From the sequence record LC667451.1: a stretch of DNA of 64,000 nucleotides, one strand, 5' to 3'. This document shows positions 1 through 7,789 of the stretch, piece after piece. The position numbers and the translations under genes were made by a program. Within the stretch, counting starts at the first letter, position 1, and each line of letters opens with the position of its first letter. Below the pieces are notes generated by a model that saw nothing but the letters and a program-made list of their open reading frames with translations, searched no databases and was not told the DNA's origin.

Positions 1-29
1 CTTCCCCAGGGGCAGGCTCCTATGCCGCA

Positions 30-311
30 CTAGCGTGCGCAGCGAGTGACGTTACCGCGCAAGCGGCGTTCTTTCACGGCCATGTGAAGGATTTCGATGC
101 CGACGATCTTCTTACAGTACAGTTGCTGTCCTGCAAACGTCGCTGCGATGAAATCACCTTCACCACCGTAGGCAATCTGGGTCAGAAAACCCGCACGGAT
201 CAACTCGTCCTTTGCTAGACGATCTTCAATATCGTCTTTATGCAACGGTCCCTCTTCGACGAGCCTTACCATGCACTGGATATGGTTGGTCTCCAGCTTC
301 AAATCACTCAT
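30..311 (-). CDS. Hypothetical protein (93 aa)
   Basis: Co-directional with the DNA polymerase; GGGG SD-like motif upstream; a hairpin/TATGCC element lies just past its stop (1-26). Confidence 0.7.
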   Translation of the reverse strand: MSDLKLETNHIQCMVRLVEEGPLHKDDIEDRLAKDELIRAGFLTQIAYGGEGDFIAATFAGQQLYCKKIVGIEILHMAVKERRLRGNVTRCAR

Positions 312-578
312 TGTAACCCCAAGTAGTAGTACCCTTTGTATTTGCCAAGCACCCCATTACAATCCGAAGCACTCATATCATTCGACGGCATATGGGGTCG
401 ATCACCAGCCTGTCCGCTCTGGACTTAGCCGGTGATCTCTTGGCACCCTCTCCGTCAATACGTGAGAAGCGTGTTCGCCCAAAATGTGGTAGATTGGCAC
501 TACTAAAGGAACCTACTTCCAGGCAGATAGACCGACGCGAATGTCCAACCTTTTGGTCTATCTGCCTAGCAATCACGC

Positions 579-2708
579 TTAGTGCGTGTCGCTTACAAGT
601 CTCGTAAGCTTGTCGTTTTGCATGTAAATGCCTAACGTTTCCAGGATGATGTAAAAGACCTTGGTCGCATCGGCGACGATCTTTCGCACCCCTGCCACCT
701 GCAGGATCTCTTTCGGAATACCGTTGGTTTGCAGGTTCTGCTCCGGTAGCTGCACGGCACCCAGGTAGCGCTTGTTCATGCGCTTCATGTAGTTTTCCAT
801 GCGCTCGGCCAACTGACGGTCTTCCAGACCATCCAGCCATTCCTTGGTCTTGGTCGGCGTGTCGAGATCGGTGGCGATCTTAACGCAAGTATAGGGGACC
901 GGGGGAGCCACGCCATACTTGGGACCGAAGACTTCATTCCACATCACGTACTGCTGGTACGGCGACTCGTGTGCTTCCTTCGCATATGACTCGGGTGGTT
1001 TGATCTGACCCATGCGGAAGAAGTGATATCCACCTTCGCCAATCGCTTCGAAGATCTGACGCTCGATGTCGCCGATCGTCTTCAGGATCTGCTGGATCTT
1101 GATCTTCTCGCCACGCAGTACCGAATTCATGATAAAGAGCATCATCTTCTCCGCTTCCTTCATCACGAAGCGCGGCGCATTGGACGCCTTCAAGTGCACG
1201 CCCTTGATCTCTTTCTTGTAATCCTTAAACAGGTTCCCTTCCTGGCAACCTATCAGTGCAAAGTAGTGCTTGGCCACCTGTGTCGGAATGAACACATCGA
1301 ACTTGAACTCGTTCTTCATCGCCACCTTGTGGATATACTTCTCGACGATCCCGAAGTTCGCACTCATACGTGCCAGCACGTGAATGATGGTCTGGGCTGC
1401 CAGGAACACCATCGATGCAGCCACTGCATTGCACTTCTCATCAAAACCCAGCCAACCCTGATGCCAAAGCACCCAGTCTTGCACGGTAAAGATGGTGGAA
1501 TCCGTATCCGAAGTCAACGCTGAACGACGGATCGAATCCGGGAAGAAGGCCAAAGACGCCGGAACGTTGGTCGTCACCCAGAAGGCGCGAATCAGGTCCC
1601 GATACTCTTCACCCACATCCCCAATGTTCTTGGCGGTTGCCGCCACAATCCCACGTGCTTCACCTTGAATCTCGTGCAGCTGCAAACCCTTGGTGTAGCG
1701 TTCGCAAATCTGACACGCCAGGTGCACGTGTTCTTCCATCACCTTCTTGATGATGCTATCCGGGTCCGGATGCGGCGTTTCCACCATCATCGAGAGCTTG
1801 GTCACGTACTCACGCACCACAGCTTCGTTGAACTTCATCAGGTGGTACAGATCCCCGGTGTAGACGAAGGCCGAGCGTTGTTCCGGCGTCAACGTCTTGA
1901 CCAGTCGATACACACGCAACAGTTGGAACTTGTCGCGCCAGTACAGATTGGTCGAGTAGGCGATGCACTCCATCGTCTCTTCCACTGTCGGATGACGAAT
2001 GCCGAACTTCTGCATGGCGTGCGCTTGCGCTTCGTAGTCCGTGTGGTTACAGATCGAGATGATGTTGTTCATCGTGATCTCGGGTGACCAGTAATGCCGA
2101 TTGCCTGAGAGGAACTTCTCGTTATTCGCGTTCCCGAACCCCGAGGTCGAGCGGCAGTTCGAGGTGAGCGTCGAGTGGGCTGTCTTGTTGTACAACGGCG
2201 TCGACGGGGAAACGTGGGCACCTGAGATGGAGTTGTTCGCCAGCTTCTTGTTGGTCTGCTCGTTATCCTTGATTTGCATCAGGACAATGTCGCCTTCCAT
2301 TTCCGCCTTGAACTTCGCCTTCTTGGCTACGCCCCGTGCCTTCACGTTGGCCTCGATGTAATCCACCAGAGGCGATTGCAAGACATCCGGGTGCAAGTAC
2401 GTGGTCAGCGTAGGTGCAATCAGTTCCCGGTTGCGAATCGAATCATTCAGGTAAGCACCCAGAGTGCCTTCCATGCGAACTCGATCCCCGTTGTCCCCGC
2501 GCTCCAGGTAAATGATCTTGGGGTCCTTGAACTCGAACTGACCACCAGGCTGCATCCCTGTCTTCACGAAGGTGATACATTCCTCACGGGTACTACCTGG
2601 CGACATCTGGTGCATGTATGCCGCCACATCCTGAACGTAGTCGCGCAACGGATTAATATCGCGCTTATAACTACTACTGGGCAAAACGAAGGGATTATCA
2701 GCTTCCAC
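579..2708 (-). CDS. Family-B DNA polymerase, catalytic subunit of the split phiKZ-type polymerase
   Basis: 709 aa. PolB motif C 'LTSDTDSTIF', motif-B-like 'KKLANNSISG' and 'KEIKGVHLK'. GTG start with AAGGAG SD (complement at 2718-2723). Confidence 0.9.
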   Translation of the reverse strand: MEADNPFVLPSSSYKRDINPLRDYVQDVAAYMHQMSPGSTREECITFVKTGMQPGGQFEFKDPKIIYLERGDNGDRVRMEGTLGAYLNDSIRNRELIAPTLTTYLHPDVLQSPLVDYIEANVKARGVAKKAKFKAEMEGDIVLMQIKDNEQTNKKLANNSISGAHVSPSTPLYNKTAHSTLTSNCRSTSGFGNANNEKFLSGNRHYWSPEITMNNIISICNHTDYEAQAHAMQKFGIRHPTVEETMECIAYSTNLYWRDKFQLLRVYRLVKTLTPEQRSAFVYTGDLYHLMKFNEAVVREYVTKLSMMVETPHPDPDSIIKKVMEEHVHLACQICERYTKGLQLHEIQGEARGIVAATAKNIGDVGEEYRDLIRAFWVTTNVPASLAFFPDSIRRSALTSDTDSTIFTVQDWVLWHQGWLGFDEKCNAVAASMVFLAAQTIIHVLARMSANFGIVEKYIHKVAMKNEFKFDVFIPTQVAKHYFALIGCQEGNLFKDYKKEIKGVHLKASNAPRFVMKEAEKMMLFIMNSVLRGEKIKIQQILKTIGDIERQIFEAIGEGGYHFFRMGQIKPPESYAKEAHESPYQQYVMWNEVFGPKYGVAPPVPYTCVKIATDLDTPTKTKEWLDGLEDRQLAERMENYMKRMNKRYLGAVQLPEQNLQTNGIPKEILQVAGVRKIVADATKVFYIILETLGIYMQNDKLTRLVSDTH

Positions 2709-2766
2709 TTATTGTCACTCCTTGTCGACCTACAGGATCACGCAAGGGGATAAAAAACAAATCGAC

Positions 2767-2818
2767 GGCATAAAAAGGAAAAAGGAGAGGGACGATTCGG
2801 GCCGTCCCTCTCTAAGAC
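2767..2818 (-). terminator. Intrinsic terminator hairpin with TATGCC tail
   Basis: Stem GAGAGGGACG (2785-2794) / CGTCCCTCTC (2803-2812); on the minus strand followed by T-tracts and TATGCCG. Confidence 0.7.
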
Positions 2819-2895
2819 TACAGGTCGTTACAAAGCAAAGCTTACAGCATTCAACCGCTTGGTCGCGAAACCAACTTCCAGCTACCATCCAACTG

Positions 2896-3231
2896 AAATC
2901 GGGGTAGACCATTGGGGCTGACCCATTCTTAGTTCGCCACTCGACCGTTTTGGCAGGGAGACTCCCGATTAATGCGGCCATTGCGGGTGCGGAACCGCTC
3001 AAGCTGCAATCAGGACAGGGTCGAGCACGTGGCGAGCGCGTCACATCAGGGAAACAAGGAAGAAACCCAAAGTAACGGAATGAATCAGCCCCGGCCTAGG
3101 CAATGGCGCGGTGGCTCTTGCGAGCTCGCGCAGGAGTTCTCGATCATTTGCAGGCGGGAGGAGGAACCGCATGGATAATCGAGCACGGGCTTGCCGGGCC
3201 CTTCTCTTCAGAACATTACGGAACCCCGATA
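2896..3231 (+). ncRNA. Putative structured non-coding RNA A (~335 nt), family unknown
   Basis: No credible ORF. Nested helices 2898-2905/3223-3230, 2913-2921/3085-3093, 2932-2946/3019-3037, 2981-2986/3004-3009 and 3113-3122/3129-3138. G-U wobbles form only on the + strand. Confidence 0.6.
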
Positions 3232-3244
3232 AATTTAACTGAGG

Positions 3245-3646
3245 TTACGCTATTGTCAGTGCCACATTGTTGTAACCATTGGCTACCAGCGCCGCCTGGA
3301 TCTTCGGGATGTCCTGCGGTGTAACACCGCTGATGGTTGCCGTCACGGTCTGGGCCGTCACAAGCGTCACCGAGCTATCGACAATCCAGGGTACCCCCAG
3401 GATCGTGTATGCGCCACTTTGCGTCTTGACCTTGATGTACAGGTACGAAGACGGGTCATTCGGTGTGTTGGTCTGTGGACCAAACGAGGGGAAAAACTTG
3501 ATGTGCAGCGACGTGACGTCCTTCTGCTTCATCGCGTCTTCATACGACATCACCGAGGTGACCTTGACGTTGTTCCAGTCATTGCCGAGCAGGCTCGGGT
3601 ACACCTGGAAGTTGTACGTCTGCCCGATTTGGAAGTTATAAGCCAT
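3245..3646 (-). CDS. Conserved jumbo-phage protein, probably virion structural (133 aa; start re-assigned to MAYNFQ)
   Basis: Strong host-like codon bias from 3646; beta-rich sequence; position next to the polymerase resembles phiKZ-like phages as I recall it. Confidence 0.75.
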   Translation of the reverse strand: MAYNFQIGQTYNFQVYPSLLGNDWNNVKVTSVMSYEDAMKQKDVTSLHIKFFPSFGPQTNTPNDPSSYLYIKVKTQSGAYTILGVPWIVDSSVTLVTAQTVTATISGVTPQDIPKIQAALVANGYNNVALTIA

Positions 3647-3677
3647 GGTTCCCGTGCCCAAATGAACAAAAAAAAGA

Positions 3678-4097
3678 TCAGAAGGGCATGTGGTCCAGGA
3701 TGACATCGTTACCGAGGAAACGATGGACATAGTACGGGAAGCCGTAGCCGCTACCGGCTGCGCCCGCACGAAGTCCACCAATCTCCACGAGACGATTGTG
3801 AATGTTACTCACCAAGTCCTGAACCGCTGCCCGCAATCGCTGATACTCCACAGACTCGCGGTTTTCATAAACCGGGTCTACTATACGATTGGTGATGGGC
3901 AGGGCTTGGAGCTTGGCTGGACCATTGGCTGAATAGTCCATGTAGCAATCAAAGATCTGCGTGATAATCTCATGCCGATCGTTGAAGTGAATCGGCAAAC
4001 CTTGCGTTTGCGCGACGAACTGCGCCCAAAAGTCATCCAGCTGCACGATGATCTGTTTGGAGTAACCGCCTCGGTCTGCCGTATCCATAATGTTCAC
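3678..4097 (-). CDS. Hypothetical protein, member of tandem paralog-like array
   Basis: 139 aa; overlaps the upstream gene stop; C-terminal 'FPYYVHRFLGNDVIL'. Confidence 0.75.
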   Translation of the reverse strand: MNIMDTADRGGYSKQIIVQLDDFWAQFVAQTQGLPIHFNDRHEIITQIFDCYMDYSANGPAKLQALPITNRIVDPVYENRESVEYQRLRAAVQDLVSNIHNRLVEIGGLRAGAAGSGYGFPYYVHRFLGNDVILDHMPF

Positions 4098-4495
4098 AAG
4101 TTCGGGTTGATGTTATCCACGATCAGGCGCTGCAAGACCAAGTCATTGCCGTACCAATCGTGGAACTGGTAATACAGGTAGCCGTTTTGGTAGGCGCGCA
4201 GATACTTCAGCTTTTGCAAGACATCTTCGCCAAAGCTGTGAATCAAACGCGCCAACTTGATGTACGCTGTTTCATGAGCGTCGCCGAGTTCGTTCCGGAT
4301 CAGTTCGAGCGCCGCGTATTGCAACTCCATGCGGGCATGCTGCTCGTACATGATTGAGTCGAGCACAATCTGGGCGATCGTGTTCGGCATCAGGAAGTCA
4401 AACTCGCCAGCGCCTTTGATAAGCTCGCGCAAACCCGCATCTGTATCCAACACCAGGAGCGTCGGATAGTGTTGGGCCTGAACCGAAGCCCTCAA
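4094..4495 (-). CDS. Hypothetical protein, array member (likely TTG start at 4495)
   Basis: Coding-like from 'LRASVQAQHYPTLLVLD'; C-terminal 'YLYYQFHDWYGNDLVL'. The upstream part of track ORF 4094-4756 lies within the next gene. Confidence 0.7.
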   Translation of the reverse strand: MRASVQAQHYPTLLVLDTDAGLRELIKGAGEFDFLMPNTIAQIVLDSIMYEQHARMELQYAALELIRNELGDAHETAYIKLARLIHSFGEDVLQKLKYLRAYQNGYLYYQFHDWYGNDLVLQRLIVDNINPNL

Positions 4496-4928
4496 AATCG
4501 GCTTTGGTGAGCCGGACAAGATGATCACTGTGGACCTCCGCAAACAGGTAAGGGAAGAAGCCGTCAGGCGGCAGGTAAGCGTGCAACTCGGTGACGAGGC
4601 GCTGATAGATCCCGAGGCCCAGTCGCATGACCGCTTCAAAGCGATCCCGATGTGGACCTCGAGGTATGTCGGCCTCTTCAATGCGCACATCACCCTGAAT
4701 GGCATCGTAAGCGAAGCTGATCGCATACTCGACCAGATTCTCCTCAGCGAATTCATTCACGGTAATGGCGGAGAACACGTTATCCAAAACTTCCCGCAAA
4801 TCAAAAGGAGGCATGAAAGGCAGTGTGGTCACTTGCAGGAAACCACCGATCTCAGCCGTCAAATCAATAAGCAGGTTTTCAGATAGCACGCCGTCTTCCC
4901 CACTGCGAAGTGAGTGTTTCCACTCCAA
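4398..4928 (-). CDS. Hypothetical protein, array member (alternative GTG start at 4889)
   Basis: N-terminal 'NLLIDLT' and C-terminal 'GFFPYLFAEVHSDHLVRL' pattern. Confidence 0.7.
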   Translation of the reverse strand: MEWKHSLRSGEDGVLSENLLIDLTAEIGGFLQVTTLPFMPPFDLREVLDNVFSAITVNEFAEENLVEYAISFAYDAIQGDVRIEEADIPRGPHRDRFEAVMRLGLGIYQRLVTELHAYLPPDGFFPYLFAEVHSDHLVRLTKADFEGFGSGPTLSDAPGVGYRCGFARAYQRRWRV

Positions 4929-5367
4929 TGATCAAATCCCGATCCTGCCAACGCGTTTGCTGATCGTCGATGTGATAGAGCCGGGTCCGAAAGAGATCCT
5001 CCATCATCACGAGGACTGCTTCCTCGATCGTCTGGGTGATCAATTCCAACTCACCGATGCGGCTCATGTACTCGCTCAGGTCCACGGGCTTGGGGCGATA
5101 CTCACCCGTATTCTCGTTGATCTGGATATGAGACCGATTGGTGTAGTCGTCGAACTTCTTCAAGACAAAGTCCACGAGTGCGCTGTGATGATGTTGCAAC
5201 GAGCGCTGATAGTCGACGTAGGGGGATCGCTCCTGAAACGACGTGGACAAGACTGCATTCTTTACGACGGACCGCACGCCGCCTCGCAGAAAGAGCTTGT
5301 ACAGATCATCGTACGCCAACGACTCGGTGACCAGGTCAAATGTCGGTAAGATGACAAGCTTTGACAT
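4879..5367 (-). CDS. Hypothetical protein, array member (162 aa)
   Basis: ATG with AAGGA SD; 'WQDRDLIIGV' C-terminus. Confidence 0.75.
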   Translation of the reverse strand: MSKLVILPTFDLVTESLAYDDLYKLFLRGGVRSVVKNAVLSTSFQERSPYVDYQRSLQHHHSALVDFVLKKFDDYTNRSHIQINENTGEYRPKPVDLSEYMSRIGELELITQTIEEAVLVMMEDLFRTRLYHIDDQQTRWQDRDLIIGVETLTSQWGRRRAI

Positions 5368-5401
5368 GATGCTTTCCTTGTTTATAACGACCTAGTTGTA
5401 C

Positions 5402-5809
5402 TTAACTGTATTCCGTCACCACGACGTCCCACGTGTTGAGCAAGTCAGCAGTAATGCGCTGGCTTGTATCGTGAAACACCAGATGCGGCAGTTGCGCGGA
5501 GATGTAAATGACGACCATATCGAACGTCCGGTTACAGAGCTCATGCGCTGCACGCGGGTCCATGCCCGCGTTTTGTAAGATTGCCTTGGCTTGCACCAAG
5601 TATTCTGTCGGATAATCTTCGCACGTGTTGTCGAACACGTCACGCAGAATGGCCAACAGAAAGTTGCTGCTATCGTAGTTGCGCCAACCAGGGTCGAGCA
5701 CGACTTCGGGATTGCGAGGGTTGCGCTTGCGAGCTTTGTACAAAGCCAACTCGCGTTGCACGAACAACGCCACATCCAACAGCGAGATCAGAGTACTGCT
5801 CGCGGCCAT
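5402..5809 (-). CDS. Hypothetical protein, array member (start MAASST)
   Basis: GAGG SD before 5809; 'LISLLDVALF' N-terminus and 'LLNTWDVVV' C-terminus. Confidence 0.7.
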   Translation of the reverse strand: MAASSTLISLLDVALFVQRELALYKARKRNPRNPEVVLDPGWRNYDSSNFLLAILRDVFDNTCEDYPTEYLVQAKAILQNAGMDPRAAHELCNRTFDMVVIYISAQLPHLVFHDTSQRITADLLNTWDVVVTEYS

Positions 5810-5832
5810 CTTCTTTGCCTCAGTCTCCAGCG

Positions 5833-6624
5833 TTAATCGTCGTAACCGCGACCATGCTCGAGCATCCACGAGTAAATCCGATAATCGATGGTTTTCTCCA
5901 CCGTCATCTGCGTGTTGCTCACTTTTGAGAAGTGCATGATCCAGCGATCCGTGCCCAGGAACTCCAGCAGCTGTTGGAACAAGTCATTCAGCTGCAAGAG
6001 TATCGAGTCACAGATGTCGATACCCATGTAGAAAAATTGCTTTTCCTGCTCCGACACCAGATCGATTTCAACATGGTGCTTGTGCTTCATGGTTCGCGCC
6101 CGGCCACGGACGTACTCGATCTCTTGGGTATTAACCGCGCCCTCGATACTGATGCCTGAGCGTTGGAACTGCTCGAGCAGAAACGGCCTGATCACCCCGT
6201 ACAGATTGGTCTGCTTGGGACCGACCTTGGGCATCTGCTGGCTGCCTGACCAGCGCGCATGATTCTGCACGATATGGTCAATCAAGTCGACAATCATGTT
6301 CCGACTGCGCAGCGACCACAGCGGCTTGTCGCTTAAGAGCGAGGCTTGTTTGTGTACGAGTACGAGGTCGCCCTTGTGGTCGAGCACGTCACCCAGAATA
6401 GGCTGATTCCAGTTAAAGGGAATCGCTTCCGCAACATCGCCAGTCGGACCTGTTGCGCGACCAGCGTAAAAGTACTTGCGGTCCCGATACAACACAGGCT
6501 CACATTGGCCCGCCATAAACAAACCTTCCGGATTCGGCAGCATGAACGATCCGGCAGCAGCTTCGACTGCCTGGATGTAGTCTGCGAGTTCCAGCATTAG
6601 CGTTCCTGCGATTTTCAGTTCCAT
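5833..6624 (-). CDS. Hypothetical protein (263 aa), enlarged array member
   Basis: 'TLMLELADY' N-terminus; long open frame; coupled overlap with the upstream gene. Confidence 0.75.
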   Translation of the reverse strand: MELKIAGTLMLELADYIQAVEAAAGSFMLPNPEGLFMAGQCEPVLYRDRKYFYAGRATGPTGDVAEAIPFNWNQPILGDVLDHKGDLVLVHKQASLLSDKPLWSLRSRNMIVDLIDHIVQNHARWSGSQQMPKVGPKQTNLYGVIRPFLLEQFQRSGISIEGAVNTQEIEYVRGRARTMKHKHHVEIDLVSEQEKQFFYMGIDICDSILLQLNDLFQQLLEFLGTDRWIMHFSKVSNTQMTVEKTIDYRIYSWMLEHGRGYDD

Positions 6625-7019
6625 TTTCTTTCGTAGCTGTAGTTAGAGGCCCAGTGGGTTTGCTTGAAATACCACAAGTACAGATCAATCCCACGAACGT
6701 CCAAGTCGATGTAACAATGCTCCCCGTACAACTGTGGAACTTTGATGTATAGTCCTGTCAGATGGTCCAGATCTATCATGTTGCGCACACGATCGTACAG
6801 GCGACGATACTTCCAGTCACGGGAGTCGTGACGCGTGCTCAACAGATAATAGACCCGTTCAACGGTTTCTTTCACGATCCATTCGACCACCTGCTCCTCG
6901 GTCAGTCCCTGATCCGAGATTTCATCCGCAATGCCCCTGACCGCCTTTCGCAGGATGGTCAGGAAGTCGTTAGCATCCTGAATCAGCAAAGCCTGTGGGG
7001 TGACGGTAAGTAGGTCCAT
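6615..7019 (-). CDS. Hypothetical protein (134 aa), first array member
   Basis: AAGGAG SD; 'ALLIQDANDF' N-terminus and 'VRGIDLYLWY' C-terminus. Confidence 0.75.
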   Translation of the reverse strand: MDLLTVTPQALLIQDANDFLTILRKAVRGIADEISDQGLTEEQVVEWIVKETVERVYYLLSTRHDSRDWKYRRLYDRVRNMIDLDHLTGLYIKVPQLYGEHCYIDLDVRGIDLYLWYFKQTHWASNYSYERKWN

Positions 7020-7079
7020 AATAGCTCCTTATACAAACCATACGCCGGTTACGTTTGTTTTACCTTCGCATGGTCCAAC

Positions 7080-7139
7080 GGCATAAAAAAATAATCAGTC
7101 CCATTTGTACCCTCTTTTGGAGAAGGCATAAATGGGACT
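7080..7139 (-). terminator. Intrinsic terminator with TATGCC tail
   Basis: 10-bp stem AGTCCCATTT (7097-7106) / AAATGGGACT (7130-7139); on the minus strand followed by a T-rich tract and TATGCCG. Confidence 0.75.
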
Positions 7140-7140
7140 C

Positions 7141-7789
7141 GGCTCCCCCCACGAATTACCGTAATCAGACACTGGATGATCCAGGCTGAACGGAGTTACT
7201 GGGCAGGAGCCGGTCGGGACATCTCAAACACGAGCCAAGGGTTAGGTCCTAGTGCGATCTTCCAGACAGTCTGCAGACCATCTTTTTACCCGTCCCGTAG
7301 GCGGTGGACAGAAGCTTCGGATACTCCCTTGAAAACTGGCGTGTTTATTGCCTACTGCGCACCGGTGGTGGCAGTCTACTTGGTCTAACAGGTATCAAAG
7401 ACTTCCTAGCGCCTGAATGCACCCCCTACGCCTAATGCGCGGTTCGGCTGGTATGGAGCTAGGAGTCCGCGCATGGCCAAATCATCGGTCCGAATCAACA
7501 AGCCATGCGCGTCGCCTCAATGGCTGAAGGTACTACGGAGTCCCTTACCCCGCGTTGCCTTCCCCAGTCGGGGACGTCGCGCATGATGTCTATTCACCCC
7601 CAGACGCGCCTCCGGGAGTGAGGACCGATGAACTTTACGGTCAGCGGCGGCTTGAATCGACGGAAACCACGAAAAATCGTGATAGACAAACCGTGCGAAA
7701 TCACTCCACCACCACCTGGCCAACGATCTAAATTGGCCAAACATCGGTTCTTATTGCCTTTGTATCGTGGTTGGTCCGCTAACCCCGTG
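7141..7789 (+). ncRNA. Putative large structured non-coding RNA B (~650 nt), family unknown
   Basis: Gene-free. Helices 7141-7146/7206-7211, 7275-7280/7381-7386, 7297-7304/7348-7355, 7469-7477/7502-7510 and 7717-7723/7733-7739. Perfect 10-bp pairing 7482-7491/7622-7631 starts from a hairpin loop (pseudoknot). G-U wobbles favour the + strand. Confidence 0.6.

Noticed and set aside
373-840. 155-aa minus-strand ORF overlapping the polymerase 3' end
   Set aside because: Alternative frame of the polymerase plus read-through into a hairpin-rich trailer; no SD and no coding bias.
2914-3093. tmRNA-like start GGGGCTGA pairing with TCAGCCCC
   Set aside because: No T-arm (GGTTCRA) or CCA end, and no tag-peptide frame; kept only as an unknown ncRNA.
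7141-7789. Group I/II intron or RNase P identity for RNA-B
   Set aside because: It does not interrupt a gene. No GUGYG start or domain V, no P7 GACUA/UAGUC pair, and no GAGGAAAGUCC.
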